This document shows positions 6,710-16,188 of a stretch of 24,468 nucleotides of DNA, piece after piece; position 1 is the first letter of the stretch; every line of letters begins with the position of its first letter. The stretch comes from Acidobacteriota bacterium. GTDB lineage: Bacteria > Acidobacteriota > Vicinamibacteria > Vicinamibacterales > UBA2999. The notes beneath the pieces were generated by a model. The model was given only the letters and a program-made list of their open reading frames with translations. It did no database searches and was not told the origin of the DNA. Both the position numbers and the translations under genes were made by a program. The stretch spans positions 1-24,468 of the forward strand of contig JANNEJ010000801.1 in assembly GCA_031378585.1 (NCBI GenBank), in the 5' to 3' direction.

Positions 6710-7336
6710 TCAGTAGTGGCACGTGAGGCAGTCGTTCGACGCCTGCTTCTGTTTGTGACAGTTCACGCAGAAGGCCATGTCCATGTCGACGGCCCGCACG
6801 GCCACGGTCTGCTCGGCCTGGTTGCCATGACACGTCGAACACGGGGTGCCGGCCTTGATGTGCGGGGCGTGCTCGAAGCGCACGTGGGCCTCGCGCGTGA
6901 ACCCATAGACGCGCTGCCACTGCAGGTCCAGCCCCTTCTCGTAGGTCGCGGTCAACTGCTTGATGAGCGGTGCGTCGGTGGCCACCTGCGAGTGGCAGAT
7001 CATGCAGGTGTTGATCGACGGAAACCCGGCGCGCGGGCTGCGTTCGACGCCCTCATGGCAGTCGGTGCACACCAGTTCCTTGTCGAGATGGATCTTGTGG
7101 CTGAACGGGAACGGCTGCTGCGGCTCTTTGCGCACGCCGAAGTGCGAGCGCACGCCCTCTCCGAAGGTGCGGTTCGCCGGCGTGTAGACCGAGGGCGTGC
7201 CCCAGCGCGACGGCTGGGCCATGCGTTCGGCCTGCACCTGCTCGGAGCGGCTGGACCAACCACTGCACCCGGCCGCCACGGCCGACAGCAACCCGACCAG
7301 AGCCCAGGCGAACCCGGAGCTCTTACTTCTGGACAC
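6710..7336 (-). CDS. Pentaheme cytochrome c (ActA-like), predicted lipoprotein
   Basis: 208 aa, GTG start overlapping the upstream stop; five CxxCH (CTDCH, CMICH, CSTCH, CVNCH, CLTCH); QPFPFSHKIH and FEHAPH ActA-type motifs; signal ending VAAG-C. Confidence 0.9.
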   Translation of the reverse strand: MSRSKSSGFAWALVGLLSAVAAGCSGWSSRSEQVQAERMAQPSRWGTPSVYTPANRTFGEGVRSHFGVRKEPQQPFPFSHKIHLDKELVCTDCHEGVERSPRAGFPSINTCMICHSQVATDAPLIKQLTATYEKGLDLQWQRVYGFTREAHVRFEHAPHIKAGTPCSTCHGNQAEQTVAVRAVDMDMAFCVNCHKQKQASNDCLTCHY

Positions 7337-7739
7337 TGCCGAGGCTGCGGACGTAGTTGACGAGATGCCAGGTGTCCTGGTCGGTCAGCTTGCCCTTGAG
7401 GCCCTTCATCAGGTACTCGGGTCCCGCGCCTTCTTGAATGACCACGAAGATCTCGCCGTCGCTGCCGCCGCGGTCCCAGGTGGCGTCGGCGAGGTTGGAC
7501 GGCTTCATGGTCTTGGGCGCCGACGGGCTGTCGCCTTTGCCGGTGGCACCATGACAAAAGCGGCAGTACTTCTGGAAGACCGCCTGCCCGGACGCCATCG
7601 ACGCGGCACTGGACGGCACTGGATTCTTCAGCTTGGCGGCCACGGCTCTGGATGTCGTCTGCTCGCCGGCGGCAGACAGACTCGTGGCCAACATCAGGCA
7701 CAGCACCGACAGACTTGCGACGAAACTTCGCTGACCCAT
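7323..7739 (-). CDS. Class I monoheme cytochrome c, probably soluble periplasmic
   Basis: 138 aa from ATG 7739 (GAGGAG upstream); Sec-type signal without an obvious lipobox; KNPVP...GQAVFQKYCRFCHG, SDGEIFVVIQEG, distal Met (LMKG), WHLVNYVRSL. Confidence 0.88.
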   Translation of the reverse strand: MGQRSFVASLSVLCLMLATSLSAAGEQTTSRAVAAKLKNPVPSSAASMASGQAVFQKYCRFCHGATGKGDSPSAPKTMKPSNLADATWDRGGSDGEIFVVIQEGAGPEYLMKGLKGKLTDQDTWHLVNYVRSLGSVQK

Positions 7740-7892
7740 CTCAGATATGACTCCTCGCGTGGCGTTCGCGATATTCGTGACCCGTAGGCAATCAATGACT
7801 ATTTGAGATTGACGGCAGCCAGACGGCCTCGCATCGTCACATACCCACACATCGAAATGCAATCGAACGTCTTCGCCCGTTGGCCTCGCGCC

Positions 7893-7910
7893 AAAGCGGC
7901 CGCGGGCCGC
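7893..7910 (-). terminator. Possible weak intrinsic terminator after the methyltransferase
   Basis: gcggcc-N3-ggccgc hairpin just after the stop, followed by only three T on the minus strand. Confidence 0.25.
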
Positions 7911-7914
7911 GCCG

Positions 7915-8541
7915 TCAGGAACGCGCTTTGCTGAGTACCCAGGTCGTCATGCAGCGCTGGTCCTGGACGATCGTCGTCTTCAACGGGTCCAGCTGGTGCC
8001 CACCGAGCCGCGCCGTGAGATTCATCAGACGTGCCTGGTCGACGAGATACCAGTCCGCGCCGTCGGGCAGCTGGAAACGCCCGCCGCCGAGCGGCCGCAT
8101 GCGGTGTTCCATGCCGATCGTCGACGACAGCCGGCAGAACAAGAGACCGCCGGGCTTCAGCACCCGCCACATCTCGAGCACCATCGCATCGAAGTGCTGG
8201 TCGTCGCGGGCAAAGTGCAGCACGGAGTTGCTGACGACGACGTCCATGGCCAGGTCGGCAAACGGCAGGCGCTCGATCAGGTCCACCCCGAAGCGGTCCG
8301 GCGCCAGCCACGGCGCCAGCGTGGCGGCCAACGCCCGCGCCGCGGCCACCGCGGCCGGGTCCCGGTCGGTGGCCCACAGATCGAAGCCCTCACGCAGCAT
8401 GTAGACCAGGTTGCGACCGGTGCCGCATCCCGCGTCGAGCACCTTCATGCCCTTGACGATGCGCCCGCGCAGCAGTTGGTCGAACAGGTAGATGTCGATG
8501 TGATCGAACTGGTCGAGCAGCGTCCCGGGGCCGGCCGTCAC
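7915..8541 (-). CDS. Class I SAM-dependent methyltransferase
   Basis: 208 aa; VLDAGCGTGRN motif I, MDVVVSNSVLHF, MWRVLKPGGLLF; substrate unknown. Confidence 0.9.
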   Translation of the reverse strand: MTAGPGTLLDQFDHIDIYLFDQLLRGRIVKGMKVLDAGCGTGRNLVYMLREGFDLWATDRDPAAVAAARALAATLAPWLAPDRFGVDLIERLPFADLAMDVVVSNSVLHFARDDQHFDAMVLEMWRVLKPGGLLFCRLSSTIGMEHRMRPLGGGRFQLPDGADWYLVDQARLMNLTARLGGHQLDPLKTTIVQDQRCMTTWVLSKARS

Positions 8542-8553
8542 GGTGCGTTCCTG

Positions 8554-10755
8554 CTACTTTCCGGGCGTGTAGGTCTTCTCGGTGTGGCCCTCGAGCTGCT
8601 TCGGGTAGAAGTAGACCTCGCGCAGGTTGCCGGTCGCATAGCGCTCAGCCTGGTCGTTGAAGTGCTTGGAGCTCGGGTCGCTGCTGAGACCGCCAGCCGT
8701 AATCGCCCGGGCGCGCACGCCGTCCTTGCCGAATTCCACCGCGGCCACGAAGCTATTGCCGCTCGACCCATAGATCTTCTTGCTGCCGTTGTACGACCGC
8801 GCACCAAACGAGGCCAGCGATCCCCACCGGGCGGACGCGAAGGCCACCGGCGTGCTCGGCTGGTCGTCGGTGTAGGGGTGCGCGATGGCCGGTGAGATGC
8901 GCTGGAAGCGGTTAATCTCGCCCCAGGCCGTCTTCCACGAGCCGAAGTCGGCCGCGAGCTTGTCGGACGCTGCCGCAAGCGCCTCGAGCCGCTGCTGGCC
9001 CGTGGCCTTCGTGCGCATGAACTCGTAGACGCCCACATTGGCCGTGCGGGCAGCGGGCGCGGACTTCGACCACAGCTCCTCGCCCCAGAAGATCGCGAGC
9101 GACTGCGGCACAGAATCCACGGCCCAGCGGCGATCCCAGGTCTTCAGCAACGCAATCTGCTCGGCCAGCTTGGCCTTGAGCGGGTTCGACACGGGCGTCT
9201 GGTCCCAGGCTTTCAGCAGCAGCGGGATCTGGAGGTCGAACTCGGGCTGCTGAGTGTCGAAGCCGGCCGCAATTAGCGCGTCGATTGAGAAATCCTTCTT
9301 CTTGTCGAGCACGCGGATCGCATGGATGCCACGCGGATTCTCGCCCGCGGTGTCGAAGTAGGCTGGGAAGGCGCTCTGCTTCTTGCTGTACGCGCCCGCG
9401 GCCATGAACGGCCAGTCATTGGTGTTGTAGACCCAGCCGTTGGGCGGATTCTCCACACTGGGGCTGTCGTCGACCGCGTGCACGCCCTGCCAGTCGTTGG
9501 CCGGCACGCTGCCGTCGACCGGCTTTGACCAGTCGAGCTTTGGGTTGCGCTTGGGCACGAAGTTCGAGTGGAAGTAGGCGATGTTGCCGTCGGCATCGGC
9601 ATAGAGCGTGTCGTTTGACGAGTTGGTGTGCAGCTCCATCACCTGCTTGTACTCGGCGATGTTCTTCGTCTTCGTGCGGCCGTACGACTGTTGCAGCGCC
9701 TTGAGGGGCTGCTCCATCAAGCTCACGGCCACCCACTTGCCGTCCTGCTCGCGCCCGATGGGCCCATGGTGCGTGCGGTACACCGTGAACTCTTTCGACG
9801 CCATGCCCGTGGCGGTCTTGTAGGGGATCGTGACCTTCTTGACCCGCACTTCACGTTCCTCGGCGCCGTACTTGTAGAAGGGCTTGCCGTCCTTCTGCAC
9901 GATGGTCTCGAGGAACTCATCGATGTTGTCGACCCCGCTCGACGTGTGCATCCAGCCAGCCTTCTCGTTGAACCCCTGGTAGATGAAGAACTGGCCCCAG
10001 GTGAGCGCGCCGTAGGCGTTGAGGCCTTCCTGGCTCGTGACCTGCGCTTCCTCGCGGAACGAGAACGACGTGTGCGGATTGATCCAGAGCAGCGCTTTGC
10101 CGGCGGTGGTGTTGGCTGGCGCCACGGCGAAGCCGTTTGACCCGGTGGGTTCGGGCGGCACACTCATGTAGCGCGGGTCAGCCTCGACGTGCGCGAGGGC
10201 CGCGGGGTTCTTGCCGTAGAAGGCTTCCAGGCGGGCTATTGACACGCTCTCGATATCGCCGCCGATGCTGCCTTCGCTGAAGCTGAGCGCCATCCACGGT
10301 TCAAACGTCGCGATCACGCGCGGCTTCACGTCGGGATGGGTGTGCAGGTAGTAGTTCAGGCCCTCGGCCCAGGCGGTCATGAGCGCCTTCAGGGAATCGG
10401 GCGCCTTCTCGTATTCCGCCTTCAGCTCGACGGGGTCGATGAAGAGCTTCATCCGCAAGTCGCGGTAGATCTCTTTTTCGCCTTCCGCCTCGGCCAGGCG
10501 GCCCATGGCGTTGATGAAATTCGTCTCGACCCGGTTGAAGTCGTCTTCCGCCTGCGCGTACATCAGACCGAACACCACATCCGCGTCGGTCTTGCCAGAG
10601 ATATGGGGCACGCCCCAGTCGTCGCGCACGATGGTGATACCCGCGGCGCGGGTTTGCCAGGCGGCCACCTCGGGGCTAACGGCCGGCGGAGGCGGCGGCG
10701 CAGCCTTGCAGGAGAGGCCGGCGACGAGCAGGGCGACGAGGGCAATGCGCTTCAT
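8554..10755 (-). CDS. Penicillin acylase family (peptidase S45, Ntn-hydrolase) lipoprotein
   Basis: 733 aa; LVAGLS-C lipobox; IVRDDWGVPHI, FGLMYAQAED, nucleophile G-SNGFAVAP, LWINPH, RTHHGPI, YADADGNIAY, WVYNTN. Confidence 0.93.
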   Translation of the reverse strand: MKRIALVALLVAGLSCKAAPPPPPAVSPEVAAWQTRAAGITIVRDDWGVPHISGKTDADVVFGLMYAQAEDDFNRVETNFINAMGRLAEAEGEKEIYRDLRMKLFIDPVELKAEYEKAPDSLKALMTAWAEGLNYYLHTHPDVKPRVIATFEPWMALSFSEGSIGGDIESVSIARLEAFYGKNPAALAHVEADPRYMSVPPEPTGSNGFAVAPANTTAGKALLWINPHTSFSFREEAQVTSQEGLNAYGALTWGQFFIYQGFNEKAGWMHTSSGVDNIDEFLETIVQKDGKPFYKYGAEEREVRVKKVTIPYKTATGMASKEFTVYRTHHGPIGREQDGKWVAVSLMEQPLKALQQSYGRTKTKNIAEYKQVMELHTNSSNDTLYADADGNIAYFHSNFVPKRNPKLDWSKPVDGSVPANDWQGVHAVDDSPSVENPPNGWVYNTNDWPFMAAGAYSKKQSAFPAYFDTAGENPRGIHAIRVLDKKKDFSIDALIAAGFDTQQPEFDLQIPLLLKAWDQTPVSNPLKAKLAEQIALLKTWDRRWAVDSVPQSLAIFWGEELWSKSAPAARTANVGVYEFMRTKATGQQRLEALAAASDKLAADFGSWKTAWGEINRFQRISPAIAHPYTDDQPSTPVAFASARWGSLASFGARSYNGSKKIYGSSGNSFVAAVEFGKDGVRARAITAGGLSSDPSSKHFNDQAERYATGNLREVYFYPKQLEGHTEKTYTPGK

Positions 10756-10914
10756 GGGTGCTCCGTATGCTCGGCGGCGCGCGAACCGCGCCGGGACGGA
10801 ACGAATTGTGGCACAGATGCCGGGCGCCGTCAGGGTCGGTTAGGGGCCGAGCCACGTGGCGCGAGCGCGCCCAGGCGCGCCTCAGGGACGCGAAGGAGCG
10901 GGAGCTGCCGCGCC

Positions 10915-11220
10915 CTAGCGCAGCGACGGCGGCATGTACGGCAGGCCGCGCGTACCGTAGTCCATGAACATCTCGGCAAACAGAATCGCCACGAAGAAGA
11001 AGCTCATGACCACCGTGATCTTCGTGAGGCGGCTGCTGTACTTCACGTGCATGAAATACAGAATGACGAGCGTGGCCTTGATGACCGCGATGGTCAGGGC
11101 CACGACCGGGTTCAGTGAGCCAAGATTGATGAAGGCGGCGCCAACCGTGATGGCGCTGAGCACCATCAGCATGCCAAAGATGCCGAAGTAGACCTTGAGG
11201 GGCGAGACGTGAACAGACAT
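10915..11220 (-). CDS. ctaF: Cytochrome c oxidase subunit IV (caa3-type)
   Basis: 101 aa, three TM helices, VALTIAVIKATLVILYFMHVKY motif; follows subunit III. Confidence 0.9.
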   Translation of the reverse strand: MSVHVSPLKVYFGIFGMLMVLSAITVGAAFINLGSLNPVVALTIAVIKATLVILYFMHVKYSSRLTKITVVMSFFFVAILFAEMFMDYGTRGLPYMPPSLR

Positions 11221-11236
11221 TGATCGACTCCCAGCT

Positions 11237-11346
11237 CAGGTGGCCGTTGGTCAGGCCACCTGGCCGCCCCGCGAAGCGGGGCAAAGAAACACTGCCCTAG
11301 CGAAGCCCCGCCGAACCGTGGTTGACATGTGGCGGCGCTTCGCTAG
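11237..11346. repeat. Three tandem hairpins between ctaE and ctaF (REP-like)
   Basis: caggtggcc-N8-ggccacctg (11237-11262); gccccgc-gaa-gcggggc (11266-11282); 16-bp arms with one mismatch (11297-11312 / 11331-11346) including the ctaE stop. Confidence 0.7.
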
Positions 11347-12126
11347 TTGTGGCGTTCCACGAGGTAGAGCAGCGGGAACAGGAAGATCCACACGATGTCG
11401 ACGAAGTGCCAATACAGGCCGGTCATCTCGACCGGTGCATGCCATTCGCTGTCGAAGCGGCCCTTGTGCGCCATCCACGTGATGATGAACAGAATGACGA
11501 TGCCCACGATCATGTGCAGCGCGTGCAGCCCGGTCATCACGAAGTAGAGGCTGAAGAAGAGCTGCGTGGTGCGCTGCAGTTCGTCTGGGCCCATCGTGGC
11601 GACGGCATGGCCCTCGCCGGCCGCTGGTGCTTCGTGGGCCTCTCCGGGAGCGGGCTCGTGCGCGAACTGGAAGCTCGCGCCCGGCACGTGATTATGAGCG
11701 AACTTGTCGGCGTACTCGTAGACCTTGATGCCGAGGAACACGCTGCCGAGCACAATCGTGGCCAGCAGCCAGTTGACGGTGGCCTTGCGCTGGTTGGTCT
11801 GCGAGGCCCGCACCGACAGTGCCATCGTCAGCGAACTGGCAATGAGCACCACGGTGTTGATCAAACCTGGCAGAATCTCAATCGACTTGCTGGCGGCGGC
11901 AAACGCCTCGTAGTACCACGAGCGGTAGAGTGTGTAGGCGAAGAACAGGCCGCCGAAGAACAGCACTTCGGTGAGCAGGAAGACCCACATGCCGAGCACG
12001 CCAGCTTCGCGCTGCTGCGACATCGTCTCGAAGTGATGCTGCAGCGCGGGGTGGTGCGCGTGGCTGTGACCAAGCGCAAGGCCGTGCCCATCCGCATGCG
12101 GGTGGGCGGCAGCGTGAACGTGGGCG

Positions 12127-12134
<8 letters not shown>
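11343..12134 (-). CDS. ctaE: Cytochrome c oxidase subunit III
   Basis: 263 aa, TTG start overlapping the ctaD stop; [53 protein letters not shown]. Confidence 0.95.
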
Positions 12135-13749
<1,615 letters not shown>

Positions 13750-13752
13750 GGC

Positions 13753-14766
13753 TTACCTTTGCGCGCCCTGCGCCGGCGCGGCTGGCGTACTGCTGGGGGT
13801 GGCCGCCGCCGGCACGAGCGCCGGTGCGCTGGTGGGCGCTTGCGGCGAGAGCGACTTGATGTGCTCGATGAGGGCGGCCAGGCCCTCTTCGCTGATGAGA
13901 CCCTGGAACGTGGGCATGAGCGGCGCGAAGCCCTTCACGACCTTGGACTGCGAGTTGAGAATCGATTCCCGCAGGTAGCCTTCGTCCACCATCACGGTCG
14001 TGCCGTCGGCCAGCTCCATGGGCTTGCCCATGATGTCCTTCAGCGACGGCCCGCGACCCTGGCCGTTGTCGAGATGGCAGGTGGTGCACGCAAGATCGTT
14101 GAAGAGCTTGCCGCCGCGTTCGGCCATCGTGCCCTCGGTGCCGCCGCCGGCGAGCCACGCCTGGTACTGCGGCGGCTCCATGACGACGACTTCGCCAATC
14201 ATGCCCGAGTGCTTGGTGCCGCAGTACTCCGCGCAGAAGATCCGGTAGCGGCCCGGCTTCGTGGCCGTGAACCACAGCGGTTGGTACCGGCCTGGGATGG
14301 CGTCGATCTTGGTACGGAAGGCCGGAAAGTACAGGTCATGCAGTACGTCTTCCGAGGTGACCAGGACTTTGATGGGCCGGCCCATCGGCACATGCAGCTC
14401 GTTGATTTCGCGCTGGCCGCCGGTGTGCTGGAACTTCCACATCCACTGCTCGCCGACCGCGTAGATCTGCATCGTCTCGGCTGGGGGCACGCGCATCTCG
14501 TAGAAGAGCTTGGCGCCCCAGCCGAACATCACCATGGAGATGATGGTCGGGATGATCGACCAGGCCAGCTCGAGCGGCAGCGACCCCTCGATATGGGCCC
14601 CGACTTCCTCGGCGTGTTTGCGTCGATACCGAATGCCGAAAAACACCACGGCAATCGCAACGGCCACCGTGAAGAAGGCCGACACGGCGACGATGAAGAG
14701 ATAGAGCGCGTCGACCTCCGAAGCGAAGGAGGAAGCGGCCTCTGGAAACAGCGAAATACCACCCAT
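13753..14766 (-). CDS. coxB: Cytochrome c oxidase subunit II with fused C-terminal cytochrome c (caa3-type)
   Basis: 337 aa; DVLHDL and CAEYCGTKHSGM CuA ligands; CTTCH heme motif with distal Met (PLMPTF). Confidence 0.96.
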   Translation of the reverse strand: MGGISLFPEAASSFASEVDALYLFIVAVSAFFTVAVAIAVVFFGIRYRRKHAEEVGAHIEGSLPLELAWSIIPTIISMVMFGWGAKLFYEMRVPPAETMQIYAVGEQWMWKFQHTGGQREINELHVPMGRPIKVLVTSEDVLHDLYFPAFRTKIDAIPGRYQPLWFTATKPGRYRIFCAEYCGTKHSGMIGEVVVMEPPQYQAWLAGGGTEGTMAERGGKLFNDLACTTCHLDNGQGRGPSLKDIMGKPMELADGTTVMVDEGYLRESILNSQSKVVKGFAPLMPTFQGLISEEGLAALIEHIKSLSPQAPTSAPALVPAAATPSSTPAAPAQGAQR

Positions 14767-14772
14767 ATGAAC

Positions 14773-15627
14773 TCAGTGCCCGGCTGGGGCGCGGCTATCG
14801 CGCCGAAGCGAAATCGCTATGAACCCGAACAGCACCACCATCGTGACGGCACCGCCCAGCCGCACGGCGTTCATCGCCGCGAAGCTGTAGGAACCCTTTG
14901 CCGGCTCGTAGTGATAGCAGTAGAGCAGCACCTGATCGACCACCGACCCGATTCGGCCTTCAGACGACTCCATCATCGCGAACTTCAAATCGCGCGGCGG
15001 GTACTCGATCCCGAAGAGATACCGCGCGAGCCGTCCGTCGGGAGTGGCGACGATGACCCCACTGGCGTGGGCGAACTGTTGGGTCTCGTCGTCCCACGCG
15101 AAGTGGAATCCCGCCGTGTCGGTCGCGCGCCGGATGTTGGCGTCGTCGCCGGTCAGGAAGTGCCAGCCCTGGTCAGAACCCGGCCGCGCATACCGGTCCA
15201 GATAGGTGGCTTTCTTCGCGGCCGCCATGACCGGCGTTTCGCGCGAGTCGATGCTGATGGCCACAACGTCGAAATCGGTGCCGACCGTCTGGTCGAGCAC
15301 GCCAATCGCGCTCACCAGTCCGTTGAGAATCTGGTTACAGAGCATCGGACATTCGTAATACACGAACGCCAGCACGACCGGCCGCTTGCCAAAGTAGTCG
15401 CCCAGCTTCACCGGCTGGCCGTGCTCGTCGCGGAAGGCCGCGTCGAGCGGCAGCACGGCATCGAGCTTCTGCTCGAAGCGCACGTTCTGCAGGGCTGAAG
15501 GCGTCGTGTCCGACGTGGGGCCGGGCGCTGGCCTCAGCCCAGGGGCATTGCCCTGTGCGCTCGCCGACACGGCTCCCGCCACGGCCAGTGCCGCGAGCGT
15601 CAGAGCGTATCGCCGGGTGATGTTCAT
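14773..15627 (-). CDS. SCO1/SenC family copper chaperone
   Basis: 284 aa; signal peptide, YYECPMLCNQIL (CxxxC), QFAHASG (His), C-terminal TM helix; directly upstream of coxB. Confidence 0.92.
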   Translation of the reverse strand: MNITRRYALTLAALAVAGAVSASAQGNAPGLRPAPGPTSDTTPSALQNVRFEQKLDAVLPLDAAFRDEHGQPVKLGDYFGKRPVVLAFVYYECPMLCNQILNGLVSAIGVLDQTVGTDFDVVAISIDSRETPVMAAAKKATYLDRYARPGSDQGWHFLTGDDANIRRATDTAGFHFAWDDETQQFAHASGVIVATPDGRLARYLFGIEYPPRDLKFAMMESSEGRIGSVVDQVLLYCYHYEPAKGSYSFAAMNAVRLGGAVTMVVLFGFIAISLRRDSRAPAGH

Positions 15628-15639
15628 GATGTCGGTGCG

Positions 15640-16110
15640 CTACCGTGCCGTGGTGGTACGGCCGCCTGATGAATCCTGCACGACCATCGACGCCGTCGAC
15701 CCACTGCCTGCACGCGCCGGCAGACCCCGCTGCAACGTGAGCGCCATGGCCCGTTCGATCGGGATGTGCACCACGCCGTTGGCCTTGTCCAGCCAGCCGT
15801 AGCTCGTGAGCGCGCCGCGTTGTGCGGTCTTCAGTTCGTAGATGTCCTTGAACGGCTGCGTCTGCAGCCGGGGTGCCGGCGGGTCCTGCGACAGGCCCTG
15901 CGCGAGCGGGAACGTGCGCGCGGCAGTGTCGACGGAGGTGGCGCGGGTGCCCAGGAACATGAAGATGCCGTAGACGAGCCCGGCCGAGAGCGCCATCGCC
16001 ACCGCCAGCCACAAGGCAAAGCGATAGCCGACGCCCGGCTCGATGTCCGTGTGCTCGTAGGCCGCTCCTGCGGGGGTGGGTCCGTATTCGTTGTCTGCGT
16101 CGTTCGACAT
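15640..16110 (-). CDS. actG: ACIII accessory subunit ActG
   Basis: 156 aa, single TM helix, PRLQ...YGWLD...VHIPIERAM motif; located after actF. Confidence 0.75.
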   Translation of the reverse strand: MSNDADNEYGPTPAGAAYEHTDIEPGVGYRFALWLAVAMALSAGLVYGIFMFLGTRATSVDTAARTFPLAQGLSQDPPAPRLQTQPFKDIYELKTAQRGALTSYGWLDKANGVVHIPIERAMALTLQRGLPARAGSGSTASMVVQDSSGGRTTTAR

Positions 16111-16150
16111 ATCAGTCCTGCGCTTCGTCCTTCGTTGGGGCGTTCTGGTC

Positions 16151-16185
16151 GAGCCCCAGTCCCCAGCCCCTAGCCCCCAGACCCC
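16151..16185. repeat. Five tandem degenerate heptamers, G-tract rich on the coding strand
   Basis: gagcccc-agtcccc-agcccct-agccccc-agacccc; minus strand reads GGGG TCT GGGGG CTA GGGG CT GGGG ACT GGGG. Confidence 0.8.
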
Positions 16186-16188
16186 GAG

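Noticed and set aside
7740-7870. FNR/CRP-like half sites and weak palindromes upstream of the second module (TTGAT, TGTGA, tcgcga-N3-tcgtga)
   Set aside because: None has a matching second half at correct spacing; too weak to call.
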